Assembly (NCBI RefSeq): GCF_009914755.1
Contig: NC_060929.1
Length of the DNA: 64,000 nt
Source: the human T2T-CHM13v2.0 reference genome, Homo sapiens
Reading direction: 5' to 3' (one strand)
Part shown: in pieces, positions 36,572-51,292 of the stretch
How positions within the stretch are numbered: position 1 is the first letter of the stretch
Layout of the letters: every line of letters begins with the position of its first letter
Notes under the pieces: generated by a model
What the model was told of the DNA's origin: nothing
Databases searched by the model: none
The model's input: only the letters and a program-made list of their open reading frames with translations
Made by a program: the position numbers and the translations under genes

Positions 36572-39500
36572 CTGTTGACAAAGGAAAGGGAGGAAATCAC
36601 TCTGGGGAGAAGGTTTAAGTCAAATCGATGCCAACATTTCCCTCAAATGCAACGAAGCAGACGTCAACGGAGGTGTAAGCCAAGATTGGCCCAAGGAAGT
36701 GAAGCAGGAGGTTTGCCAGAGAGCTACTAACTGGAGAAGGTTAGTGGAAGTACTGGTGAAAGCTGCAAGGGAGAAAGGAAAGCATGGCTCAACCATTTCT
36801 TCCATTTAGGTCCTGAGGTCTGTGAGGAGTGTAGCCACCAAAAAGTGTGCGGTGAAAATATGTATATAAAATTGCACAAGGACATAGATTTTTTTCATTG
36901 TTAATGTAAATGACAGTAAAGTAGACTAAGCATATTTATAACCTTCTTTCCTTCTTCATTCTGTCATTTCTGCAGGGCTTTCATTCTTAGTCAAAGGCTG
37001 AGGAGCACGGAGCAGCAGTTCTCCAGGTCCTGTGGGTGCTCCCAGCCGTCTGCGAGCCGGCCTCCCATGGCATCCATGGCTACATTCTTCTCTCTTATGC
37101 ATGGGCTTACTTAGGATATTTACGTAAAAAGGACATCTCACTGGTGTCTCAAGAAAGTAGAAACTACTCTTCCCAACCCCTGCCGAGGAGCAGCACTGGC
37201 TGTCCAGGCTGTGACAAGCACAAGTAGGAGGGGCGGGCGACTGACCGGGTACTTGGCCACCACAGAGCTGAAAACCTCTGGTGCTTACAACAATAAGGAT
37301 GTTTACTAGACTGTCTCTCTCTCTCCATCCAGATATTCTCCTTTACCTTTTCAGAGCCTATGTTGTCAAGGTAACATTTTAAAAACAGTATTTATTGAGA
37401 ACCTCTAAAACAACCTAAGAACCAATCTGACTTGCTAAAAAGTCTTAACTATAAAATATTTCTTTGAGTACACACTGACTAGGGCTGTTTTAACAAAATG
37501 TTATACAATAAAATTACCTATATATGTGCAAGAAGGCAGAGAGAACTCTTTACACGTGGACTGCCAAATGTTTTATGCACAAGCTGTATACAGCATGTGT
37601 GTTTCTCAATCTGGGTTCCACAAATCCTAACCCTGCATGCAGAATTGTGTGTGCATAGGCATTTTTCTAGAAAAACATACTTTTGTTAGATTTTAAAGGT
37701 GGTGACTTTCAAAAGGTCACGCAGCACTGCTCCTGGGGACTTCCGGTCCAGAGAGTGCTCTAGGAGCATTTCTCTGCCCACCTTAGCTTGTGTTATTAAA
37801 ATGCTTAGTAAACCCCTATCTTTTAGACACCAGTGCAGCCACGGCCTCTCAAATTACAAACTTCCTCATCAGTAGATTGAAGCTTTTTATTTAATCAGCA
37901 TGAACATTCAAAAACACATATAAAACCCACCATTTTTACCTGTAATGTTTTAAGTTAGGGAAAATGTATATGGCATTTATAAAAATCAAGAGCCGAATGT
38001 CATCATCATCAAGGAACTTAACACAGTATCCTCTTTTTTCTTCTTGGAGACTTTTATATATGATATGCAGACTACCTTGTAGAACTTCGTCACATCTATG
38101 CTTCCAAATTCTGAGTCTACCATCCCGTATTTGCATGTCTTTGTGTGTGTGTGATTGCAATTTTAAAAACTAGTAACAAAAGGAAGTAAACACCATCATA
38201 AAACACCCAATATGCTGGCAGCATTTCCACAGTGCCCCCCTGCAGCCGGCCTGGCTACCTCTGCCCCCAGTGCCTACTTAGCACAGTGCCTGGCACACAG
38301 TGGGTGCCAGCGGGAGGCACTGTGGTTGCTACGGTGCCCAGGGCTTCGGAGGGAAAGCAGAGGTAGCTGTGGTTTAGTTCAATCACGTGGGTTTTATTTA
38401 TTAACATCATGTGCAAATTCTGCTAAAGGTGATTAATTTGGTATATGAAGTAACTTTTTTTCATCAAAGTATAAGATTTTGAAAGGACATTTCTACATAA
38501 AATGTAATGGGATCAGTACTTAATGTAGTAAGTAGTAGGTGCTCAATAAATGTTTGATCAATGAAGGACCTGAAAAACTCACTAATAAACCAACAACCTT
38601 TGTGTCCTTTATTACTACTCAATCAAGTTTTAAAACTGTAGACCATAAAACCTCAACGCCAAAGTAAGAAAACCATGAAATGCTATTAAACGAATCGAGA
38701 GATGGTGAGAAATGAGCCAAACTACACTCAAAGCACAGTTTTCTCTATTGCATAGCTGAATGAAGCCTCCCTGAGTTTACACAGATGACAGAATACAACC
38801 TGGGCAATCATTTTCTAATAATAATGTCTGGTTGGTTAAAAACATGAATACTTTGATTGAACAGACCACACGAGTCTTAACATGTGAGGAGAAACATTTT
38901 GTAACAGTGTCATCCATTTCACTGACTCCCAGACTGGAGAAGGGTCCCACGAGCCTCAGGGCGTGACGTGCTAGGCAAGCAGCAGCAGGTGCTGGGAAAG
39001 GCAACAGCAGAGCAGCAACCAGGAAGATGGGTGAAAGGTTGTTAGATGAAAGGAACATGTAGAGAATGGAAGCGAAGAGAAGAGCTGGCTTGTTGAGGGC
39101 TGAATGTCTATGATGCCTACACACACGCTGTCAGCTCACTCACACCGTCCTGAGGCACCGCCATCAATACACTCAGCATTTCTTTCCTGCTAGTCGACAG
39201 TGCAATGTGAAGACGTTCATAACTAGCTCACGGTATTTTTTTTTCAGGCAGATTGTCCTTTGGCTTTTCTCCTACCTCATGTACAACTACACCAAAGAGT
39301 TAAGTGCCAAGAGACCAAACTTCCATAAAAAATGTAAAATAAAGTGCGCAACAGGCTATGTTCCAAGAACTGTGAATTTTTAGGTTCAAGTTCTAGATGA
39401 GTTTCCCACTAAGTAGCCTGTAGCCCCGGAGGTGGAGAGCACGAGCGCTCACAGCATACAACACACCAGCAATACTGCTGGGGGACTGTGTCACCTTCCA

Positions 39501-39812
39501 ACATCTCCCTTTAAATGCCTGTTTGTAATGCAATGATTTCAAAACAAGGTTTATAAAACAGCGACTAAGACAGACCTCTGAACAGCTACTCATCAAATGC
39601 AGCTATTCCTATTAATTATACACAAACACACCAGCTACTTATCATAAATAAAGTTTCATTCTTCCAAATACCTGTTTTAACAGCAACACACATCACTTTC
39701 TTGGTTACAGTCTGTGTTGCAGGCTGAGGCGAGTGCCTTGACTCTCCTGATGGTCCCGAATGCCCACATAGGCAGCCACATGCCCTGTGCCTGAGCGGAG
39801 GCCCCCACTTAC

Positions 39813-40017
39813 TTGTTACTGCAATGTTGATTTCTCCTGTTCTCGGAGTGAGCTCCCCATCCTGAGGAAGAGGTGAGATCCCCGAAGTTCGAAGTGGCTC
39901 AAGGCCAAGGGAGTTGTCGCCGGCGAGGTCGCCGAGGGCTGATCTTCGGTTAACAGCTTGGGTTCTGGTGAGCCTTTCCATATCGAATGCTACGTTATCA
40001 GTACATGGCAAATTCGG
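39813..40017 (-). CDS. RNF130: RNF130 exon 7 (205 nt): [68 protein letters not shown]
   Basis: Within ORF 39616-40023; ttttgcag|CCG ... ACA A|gtaagt. Confidence 0.97.
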
Positions 40018-41020
40018 CTGCAAAATATTTCCAGGTTAAAAATAATTGTAAGGAAAACACAACCTTTCATAAGATTCTAAAAAAGATTCTAAACTTTGAC
40101 GCCCTGTTGCAAAGACCTTACCAGGTTCTTTTCCTGTGATGTCCTCTCATTTATCTGCCCACCTACCTACTCCTTCTTCTCTCACCCTAAGAGTTTTTCT
40201 TCAAAAGGCACAGAGATCTCCTCTCAGAAATGTTACAAAGGAAAACTAAAATTCATTGCAGATCAGAGAAGACTGGTCATGGCCCACAGGCACAGGGAGT
40301 CGTAATCATTAACATAAAGATAGCAAACATCCAGTTTAAAAGAGTAAACTATTACTTTGCTTCATGGTAAATGTCCATGTTGAAGAATCCCAGGTAATAG
40401 AAAACACCTCTTTCATCCTACTAACTTCTCTAAAAGCCCCATTTATCTGGTAGTCAGTTTTTAAGTATGGTCTGCCTTTAAACACAAGAAAAGCATAAAA
40501 CCAAGAATAGGTCAAAGTTGAAAAGACTTTTGAACTATAAGAAAATGATCTGTTTCAAAACCTAAGCACCTAATCCTGAGGGAGAGGTATAGAGCTGCTT
40601 GGGGCCAAAGTCTACCAATTAAAAAGTGAGCACCAAAAGTCTTCCGTTGTAACAATGTGGCTATTTGTTTACCTAACAACCTTTGGTTCTCTCAGCAGGC
40701 AGCAGCAGGCAGCACATGAGAAGCACAGCTGGGAGGGGTGGTTGTGAGAAGTTTGTATGTTTATAGAGAGAAGTTTCAGCCAACCAAACCTGGAACTAAT
40801 GGCTTCCTGGGCAAAAGAACTGTTTCAGGTCATCTCAAAGCCTTATTTAAAACAGCAAAAGGCAGTGTACTAAGTGATGCTTAGGCTCACACCCAGTTAA
40901 AAGAGGTTTTTTTATGTTCATTACATTTAAGGATCCAATGATAACCTGCAATACATTTTAGGAGGATTTTTGTTATAAACAGAGGAGAAAAGTATTAGCA
41001 CTTAATATACTTAACAAACA

Positions 41021-41717
<697 letters not shown>

Positions 41718-41747
41718 CTAGGCATCATGGCAGATGCTCTATGTTAG

Positions 41748-41946
41748 ACCAGTCTGAAATGGGGGTGAGTTTGCTCCCTGGGGGACATCTGGCAACGTCT
41801 GGAGACATTTCTGACTGTCGTGGCTGTGGTGCCATGCTACTAGCATTTAGATGCTGCTGAACGGTCTACGATGCACAGGACAGCCCCCACAAGAAGGGAT
41901 TGTCCAGTCCATGGTGTCACTAATGCCCGATACTTTGAGAAATCCC
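41748..41946. mobile_element. MER20 (hAT DNA transposon)
   Basis: ggggacatctggcaacgtctggagacattt and gcacaggacagcccccacaa motifs. Confidence 0.75.
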
Positions 41947-42593
41947 ATCACTACTGACATGATCTCTGGAGACAAAGGACAAATGGGGCATTACTGCCCA
42001 ACTGTATACACTGAAACTGTGTTTGACAGTATATTTAAAATAAGATGACTTCGATCTCCTTTGGGTTGCAAGCTAAAATGAGTTCATCTGTTGGATCAAA
42101 CTAAACTTTTTGTTCCATAAGGAGATCATTCTTTCATTCTTTTTTGAGACCAGAAACTATGTTATTTTCCAATAAAAAGCATAACCCTGGCTATACATGC
42201 TTCTCTTAAGCAAGGGCTAACGAAGGTCCTTGGTTACTCAAGTCAGTGTTGACCTGGCACCTGCCACAGCTGGACTCTGGCACGCCTGGCGACAGCCCCT
42301 GCCAGGCTGTGGTTGTCAACAGTTCTCCTTGGGCTCCAGTCACTGCCTGCCTTCTCTGCTTGCAACTTACCAACCCTCAAGAGATCAAAGTCAAACTTCA
42401 GGCTAAAGAACATAAGCAATGACATCGTTTTATATTATGCCAAGCACAGAGGAGTTTATGACTGGAACAGAGTCAACAGCATACAGCCTACCTTCTAAAG
42501 GTAGGTACTGGAATGAAGAAAAATCATGTCCTTCTCTCTTTCTTCATCCCATACTCATCGACCAACAGAAGCACCCTTTTAAAAGTGGACCAT

Positions 42594-43186
<593 letters not shown>

Positions 43187-43416
43187 GGCCTAGTAGAGTT
43201 ATTTACCTTCTCTTCCAGGAGTTCTCTGAGATGGATTAGACTTCTTAGTAATCTGGTAAAAAGGTCCTGTTGGGCTTACATGGTTACATGGCAAATATAG
43301 CCAGTGTTTTCTTCTGTGTCTTAGTCATGCCTCCTATTATGCCAATTATGTTATATTGTATTACACATACATATAATAATATACAAAAGTGGTAACAAAT
43401 AAAATAGGAAACGTAC

Positions 43417-43513
43417 CACAATTCCCAGGGCCTTCAATATATTAAGTTTGCACATAGGACAGGTACAATGTTCACTAAGCCAGGGATCCACGCAGGATTT
43501 GTGGAAAACATGC
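43417..43513 (-). CDS. RNF130: RNF130 exon 6 (97 nt): (K)[32 protein letters not shown], second half of RING-H2
   Basis: tttatag|G CAT GTT ... ATT GTG|gtacgt; H-x2-H-x2-C-x10-C-x2-C. Confidence 0.97.
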
Positions 43514-44353
43514 CTATAAAATAATGGAGAATTATGTCACAAGTTACATACCAAGAAACTTATTAGGCCAAAATGGAAAGAAAGGGAATTTTTAGTTAAG
43601 TTTTCTTTTCCCCCTTTCAGGACATATTTTAAGCCCCAAGAGACAAATATTGGGAATTTATTAAAATATAACTTGCAGAAAATCTCCTGAGCCCAACCTC
43701 ATATGTACAACACCGTGTAAGAACTGCTAAGTAGGATTTGGTTGTTTGGGCCTTTTATTTTACCAAATTCCAAAAAGGACTAATGGAAACTTAGAAAATT
43801 TATTAAGAATGAAAATAATCACACCTTATAAACCAGTTATGCTTTCTACAATAGCTAACATAGAAAAATGGAGTTTCAAAAAGATACTAAATCATGGCTA
43901 AGTGAAGAGTTCTCTGTATAGTGATTAGTTTTTTGGCACCCTGATTGAATGTCATTTAAAACATCATTTTTAAAAACTTCTAAGCAACTTATGTTGAATG
44001 TTTATAAAAGCTACAGGGAAGCTGAAACTATTTTAAGGGGTAAACTGTGCCTAGATTCAAGTAACACTCAGCAATTTTCAGCTGAAATGTTAACGGGGGA
44101 GGATGGGAGATTTTCTCTCTTATTCAGGCAAGTAGAAAGTCACAGTCTTGTGACTGGAAATAAGTCAGTCATACAGGGTTTTGCATTCTTAAAAAAAGGA
44201 ACTTGTGCCCTCCGGAAGAGCTGCAGAAATTACTTCTCAAGCTCTAGCACCCGGCCCAGCAGCCTTCTGAAGCTCTAGAGTCCTGGCCAAACAGGGAGAA
44301 GGTGGGTGCCAGGACAGACGTTCAGGGCAGCTTTGGAAGAAACACTAATCTGA

Positions 44354-44675
<322 letters not shown>

Positions 44676-47199
44676 AAGATAAAAGAAATTTTTAAGTAAG
44701 ATGCCAAATTGAATCATGGTATATACCTTTACAACTTTGATTGTCAATTTCTAAGTTAATGTTATTTACAGCTGTTTAAAAATGCAGTTTTGATTTATAA
44801 AAAGAGGTCTAGAGAACTCAGTTTCTACTGGGATCTGGAACAAACATTCATGCTTACAACTTTGGCCTGAACAATATACACACACGTCTGCCTATCACTG
44901 TTTGATGGCCTTATACTCACTTCTTTGGGGACAAGAGTAAAGATCTTGAAGAATGAATTTATCAATCTAGTCTTAAATTCACAGACAATGAAATAACCAG
45001 AACCATCACCCCTGAAGGCATTTATTTAAACCTTAAAGCTTTTACTTAAGGGCTGGAAACCCACCAATCCATAGGTAAGCCCCAGATACATTCAGTACAC
45101 CTAAGGCGTTATGTCTTGTTACTCGTAGCCTCTGTGTGTGGAGTGGTTCCTTACTCCAGGGTGTCCCCAGGGCCAGCTGGACTTTCCAGCAGGGGTCAAG
45201 TGCACTAATGCTGGCTACTGACCAACAAAGACCACAACAGGCTTAACCCTTTTGGGGCATACAAACTCCCTTAGATCTGATAGAAGTTACAGAACCTCCC
45301 TCTGAAAAGTCACGGGGACGCAAATGCCTAGTACCTTGCATACATTTTCAGGAGGAGTACGGACCTATGCACTGGGTTAGCGCTAGGGTGGGGTGGCCGG
45401 GAAGGTGCTGCAGGTCAGGCCTACACAGGGTGGACGATGGGACTTGGCTGACTGACAGGTAATGGAAGACATATGATGCTGTGACCTCTGATCAAGGCTC
45501 TGGTGCAGGAATGGGAGGCATCCCGCTGGGGGTCGGGGGAGGCCTAGGTGCCTTGACTTCTGATCAGGGCTCTGGTGCAGGAGTGAGAGGTATCCAGATG
45601 AGGGTGGGGGGTGGCTGGGCTTGCTGAACTGTTGGTGGGGACCTGGTAAAGCCGCAGCACCACCTGGGGGGATGGAGGTGCGGCTCTGGTGCTCCCTACT
45701 GGGGCCAGATTTTGCTTTGCCCTTTTCTTATTGTTCCGTCTTTCTTTTCTCTTACTATCCAGAAAGAACCAAATGGTATAATCCTCATATTTCATTTTTA
45801 AAGCTGCATGAGTACAGTGTTCTCTGCCTGTTTCTTTAACCTGAAATTAGTTATAAATATGTTTGGGTTCTTGAGTAACTGTTTCCTTCTAGGATTATTG
45901 ATATAAAAGAAGTGCCCACCCCTCTGTTTTACTAAACAATTAAAAATTTCTCCTCTAGGCTGTGGGGTACTATGAAGAAAAACAAAAAAGACCAACTGGT
46001 TCTCTGGTGACAAATTTAGAAAACCTCCCTTCCTCAGCTAAATGAAAATCTGAAATATTTTTGGTCTTTAAAAAAAAGTTCCTTTGGGCTCTCCATCCAC
46101 CCCATCCCTCTCTTACTCCTGACCCTACCTCTGAGCACTGAACACCCTTCCCTCCTGTCTTTCCAAATTCCCCGCTAGTCCAGCTTCTGTGCAACTCACC
46201 CAGAGATCTTCAGTCTCAAATTCCCATGGCACATCCCTCGCTTCCACAAAGCTGGGTGGCTGTTCTCTTCACCCATGGCCCTCCTCTCCTGTCTCTTCTG
46301 TGATCTCCACAGGCAGCTGCCCTGAACACGGCACCTTTTTCTCCTCATCACCCATTGTCTAACCCTCCTGCTAGTCTCTTCAGTGCAACTTTCACTGAAC
46401 TCACTGTGGCCTTTTCTTCCCTTCTAGGCAAAGTTCTGCTACAACAGTCTGGTGCTCGGCAAACCACCTTTCTGCTGTGCAGAGGTCTCAGCTAAGGACT
46501 GGGCCAGGGGCGTTTAATCTACCTTGGGAAGTGTCTGGAGCAGTCAATGCAACACAGCATGTGGGCCAAGGCTGAGCACCTGCAGGGCCATCACACGGGC
46601 AGAGCGGCCCCGCCACCTGGCCATTCCCGCACGCCTGACCGCGCTCACCCTCACTATGGCTCTGGGCTCTCATTATGGAAGGTGCTCCATGGACACCCAG
46701 GAGGCCTCAGAAAGAGGCACCTGGGGCAAGTAGGGCCTTGAAAAGAAGTTCCCCACTCACGTGATAAAAACACACATAAATAAAAAACAGGCCCGCCACA
46801 CACAGGGTGGGTGGTGCATCGGGACGGAAAGCAGGTAACGTGGACAGTGAAACCTGAAAAGCACAAGCATACTGAGCGCCAACAAAGTCCTTTATTCCTA
46901 TGAGAAATACTTGGGGATACAGAACGAGAAACAAATAGAACATGAAAGGAACAAACCCAGCAATCATGAAATTCAGCGCCCTCCCCTTTCCTATGTCCCA
47001 CACATGCCATGAACTAGAGTGAGCAGAAGAGTGCTGCGGGAGGGGAGGCCTCTATATTGAAGGTGAGTTGCTCTCACAGCTCTGCAGCCTCTTGGTGCCA
47101 TGTAAGAACCTGGCAAATATAAAAGGATGCAGGATTATTAAAGGTCCCAGACAAGAACTCTCTTCTGCTAGCTGGGGCTGGCAGCAGTCTCTGTCTCTA

Positions 47200-48320
47200 T
47201 GGACCCTCGGCTGCAGTGGAGCCTCAGACATCTGCAGCGGCCGGCCCCCCGCTTTAGCTCCTGAAGTGGCATGGAAACATACGTTCATCCACGCGGCAAC
47301 TCCACTTCTGAAAACGTACTTCTAACGACTACACACTCCGATGGCCGACCTTTAAGAGGTCTAATAAGACCAGGTGACAGTTCCTCGGTTTCTAAGACCT
47401 GCTGGCTAACATCCAAAGGAGAATCAGCCGTGATCACTGAGCCGAGGAGGAGGCCCCTCCGCCATGCCAACTGCCATCTGTCCACAGTAAATAGTGCGAC
47501 AGAAGAGGAAAAGGAAACGTCACGTGGCAAGAAGCAGGCAATCCATGAGCGGCTTGACAGCTCTGGATAGAAAGTCCTAGCTGAGCTTGTGAATCGTTAA
47601 GGAAAGATGGACACGAGGGTGTCCAGGCCCATCTCCCTCCCTCACGGAGGGAAGAGGCAGTGGGCAGGTGTGACAGCAGACGCTGTGGGGCAGTACTTGG
47701 AGGGCGATGGCTTTGAAAGAGAGTTTTAAAAACTGGACTGGGAAATGCGAGTGTCACGAGATGCCGGCGAGTGGAGACAGAACACTGGAAGGAGCAGCCA
47801 GCCAAGAGAACGAGGCCCCGAGGAAGGGAGAGAGCAGGCACGCAGCGGCGCGGGGAGGAGCGGCATGGACCGCAGCAGACGGCCTCTCCGGCCTGCGCAC
47901 CCGGGTCAGCACGCTGAGGGAATTAAACCCATTGCTTCCTCTGGGCAGTCAATGGTGAAGCGGTCCTCTGAGAGTGAAGAACAAGCGTGTGAGTTAAGGT
48001 GTTGAAGTAGAGTGAACACACCTGCAGGTGCTGCTGTGCCGAATGCGGAGCGCCAGCCAGGCGGGGAGGCTCTGTCTTGCCAAGTCTGTTCAGAGTCCCG
48101 TGGGAAGACGGTGAGGGAACAGAACCGCTTAGCAACATGAGGTACAGAAAGCCACAGCAGGTAACACCGACTCTGGGCTTCAAAGACAATAGGGGCGGGG
48201 AGGCGTCCCAAGGCAGAAGGAATTCTGTAAGCGGCAGTTTGGTGAGCGCGAAGGCGCAGCTGCGAGTGGCATCTGCTGGGGTGAGGCTTGAAGAGCCGCG
48301 CACAGCCATCCTCAGCTCAG
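47200..48320. promoter_or_regulatory. Intragenic CpG/GC-rich non-repeat segment (CpG-island-like)
   Basis: 15 CpGs counted in 47761-47920; not Alu-derived. Confidence 0.5.
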
Positions 48321-48478
48321 CGGTTCTCATCTGGAGGCAGTTTTGGTTGTCACAACTGTGTGTGGGTGGGCGCTACTGACACCTAGTGGGTAGAGGGCCA
48401 AGGACACTGCCAGGCCCACACCCCCACACAATGACCTGGTCCCAAATGTCAACAGTGCCAAGGCTGAGAAATGCTGCT
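48319..48478. mobile_element. MER20, internally deleted
   Basis: cagcggttctca ... ccaaatgtcaacagtgccaaggctgagaaatgctg termini. Confidence 0.75.
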
Positions 48479-49046
48479 CTAGCTTAAAGACTGTCACAAG
48501 TACCGCTTGATGTGTAAAGTTAATTTTTGCTACACCTGATAACTGCACTGTCGCTACATGGCAGTGAGATGGTGTGCTGTGCTGAGCAGGCTGTGTGGTG
48601 CAGTCTCAGGGAAAGTTACAGCTTGGTGATGCGTGGAGTGTAAGAGGAACAAACAGCCGCTCAGTTCCACAGCAACAGGGAAAACTCTACACTCAGCCAG
48701 GGCAGTAAGCACAGCTAGTAACACAGTGACCCAGTACTGAAAGACAACCAAGTAACAGTACCATAGAGGGTGCAGCGAAATTCCGTGAACCGTGCCAAAA
48801 ATTCTAACATTCACAAGCAGACCACAAACACAAACCACTTCTATGGTGGCAGGTGCAGCGCAGAAATGGTTCAGATCAACCATGGCCTGGACCTTGGTGG
48901 CAGGCGTGGCTTTGCAGCACGAGAATCGGGCGGGAACTTATAATTAAAGCGCATATGCCCGGCCTCCACCCGGGATGCTTCTGAAAGCCTCCCACTGACT
49001 CTGATGCAGTCAGGTCTGGAAAGCAATGAACTAAATTTTAAAAAGA

Positions 49047-49175
49047 GGGCCAGACGTCAGGCTCATGCCTGTGATCCCAGCACTTCAGGATGCTAGGGTG
49101 GGAGGATACTTGAGGCCAGGAGTTCAGAGCGGCCTGGGCAACATAGTGAGACCCCAACTCTACAAAAAATAAAAA
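49047..49175 (+). mobile_element. Alu left monomer (FLAM-like)
   Basis: Single arm followed by A-rich tail. Confidence 0.8.
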
Positions 49176-50449
49176 TTATACAAAAGGAAAAAGATAACTC
49201 CGAATGAAACTGGAAAAGTCAACACTGAAGGGATGAAGATAATGGGATTAAGTTCCCAGAATAAACTACTTTAGGCCGAGCCTCCCCTGAGGGAAGATCC
49301 CCTCATTCTAGTAATATACCCATGAATGGTTTTGGAGGCCCGTAGTTTTAGGTCCCATATGGTTCTGGAGGATCCTGGGCTGAAACAGCAAGACAGAATT
49401 TGGAGAGCCTTGGCTTCTCCTGGTCATTCCAGTGTTGAAGCAGGCAAGTGTGGATGACGCCTCCCTGTGTCCCGCTGGCCCTTCTCCTGATTTGCACTGG
49501 CGTGTGCATTTCCTTTAGCCTCACGTTTAGACCGTCAATGACTGCATGTGAAGGAAGACTGGCTGTTCCACAGTTTAATTTTCTAGAGGACAGCTTACAT
49601 TTAGTTTTATAGATTTTCCTTTATATGTAAACTAGAATGACTGGACTTCCAGAATCTTGGATTTCTGTTTCAGTACATGTAATTCTTCTTCAGTTTGATT
49701 TTTTTTTTTTTTTTAAAAACAGATCTTCCTAGACTCAAAATAGATTACTTTGTAAGTAAAATAAGACCAGTAGCCTCATGGAGATAACAACTCACAATTA
49801 TTTTATTAATTCACATGCTCCATATTATAAGGCTGGAGTTGTGTGGATGTCTTTTAAAGGGAAGGGAGGAGGAAGAGGCAAACTCTTTGGTTTTAGGCTT
49901 CTTGGCAGGTGATTTCCTATTTATCCAATTGATACTCAGAACTGTGTATCTTAGTTTCATGCTCCCCAGCTTGAGAGGAGCCACAGGAGAAACCAACATG
50001 CTGTTTCCAGGGCAACCAGGCACAGGCGAGTCCTTTCCTCATGGAGGAAGGCTTGGTCCCATGTGGGGAGCACCACATTAAAGGCAGGCCTTGACACAGC
50101 TCTGCCATTTCTGAATTGTGCGACCCTGGAACCTGCTATCGGCTCACCATCCTTCACTGTACAACGGGGAAAACACACCCTCTTAGGACTGCTGGGAGAA
50201 TTATAGGAGACAGTGAGTATAGTCTGCTCAGAGCAGAGCATCTGAACCACAGCAGGCACAAAGCAGGTATCAGTTCTTTCCATTTTGCATAATCCAGGTT
50301 TAGAAAAAGATTTAATCCAAGTCCCTGGAGTTGTTGTACCCAGAGCCAGGTGAGCTCGATGGAAGTCTCACTGAAGGGCTTGGAGATGTAGTCTAAGATG
50401 GAGAGGAACAAGGGGCTGTTTTTGAAACCCACAGGAATCACAAAACAAT

Positions 50450-50890
50450 GCCAAGCATAGTGACTCATGCCTGTAATCCCAACACTTTGAGAGGACAAGG
50501 CAGGAGGACTGCTTGAGCCCAGGAGTTCATGTTCAGCTGTGCGCAACATAGTGAGAACCCCATCTTTAAAGAAAACAGGCCGGGTGCGGTGGCTCACGCC
50601 TGTAATCCCAGGACTTTGGGAGGCTGAGGCAGGCAGATCACCTGAGGTCAGGAGTTCAAGACCAACTGGCCAACATGATGAAACCCCGTCTCTACTAAAA
50701 ATACAAAAATTATCTGGGCATGGTGGTGGGTACCTGTAGTCCCAGCTACTCGGGAGGCTGAGGCAGGAGAATGGCATGAACCCAGGAGGCGGAGCTTGCA
50801 GTGAGCCGAGATTGCGCCACTGCACACTCCAGCCTGGGGTGACAGAGCGAGACTCCGTCTCAAAAAATAAATAAATAAATAAATAAAAGA
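50450..50890 (+). mobile_element. FLAM (50450-50575) followed by a full Alu (50578-50890)
   Basis: Alu consensus, (AAAT)n tail. Confidence 0.9.
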
Positions 50891-51209
50891 AAACAAACAT
50901 AAAAAGATAAACGAAACCATAGAACAAGAATTCTCGACCTCAACACTCCTAGGCTGTGTCTGGGGAGTCTGGAGGCCGCGTGCCACATCGCATATTGGCT
51001 ACACCTCGGAAGGCCGTGCAGCCCGCACCTGCTGAACAGCACCACTCCCTGCTGGCCTCAGCCCCATGGCCAGCAATGCACAGCGGACTTGGCCTCCAGA
51101 AAGCCACGAGGTGGGTGGCGCTCAAAAGCAAGGGAGATGCCCACCCTGAAAAGGAGGCATACAAAGCACATTAATATCATTCTTTCTCAAACAAATGAAG
51201 TTGACATAC

Positions 51210-51292
51210 TTGCAGGGGAGAATTCGGACGACATCATTCTGCTTATAGCTCTCTATGCAGACTGCACAATGATCAAAGTCTGGGTCAGTTTC
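51210..51292 (-). CDS. RNF130: RNF130 exon 5 (83 nt): [27 protein letters not shown](K), first half of RING-H2
   Basis: cattttag|GAA ACT ... TGC AA|gtatgt; C-x2-C-x14-C. Confidence 0.97.

Noticed and set aside
46488-48883. Dense stack of overlapping ORFs on both strands
   Set aside because: Expected from high GC content and few stop codons; no protein family recognised.
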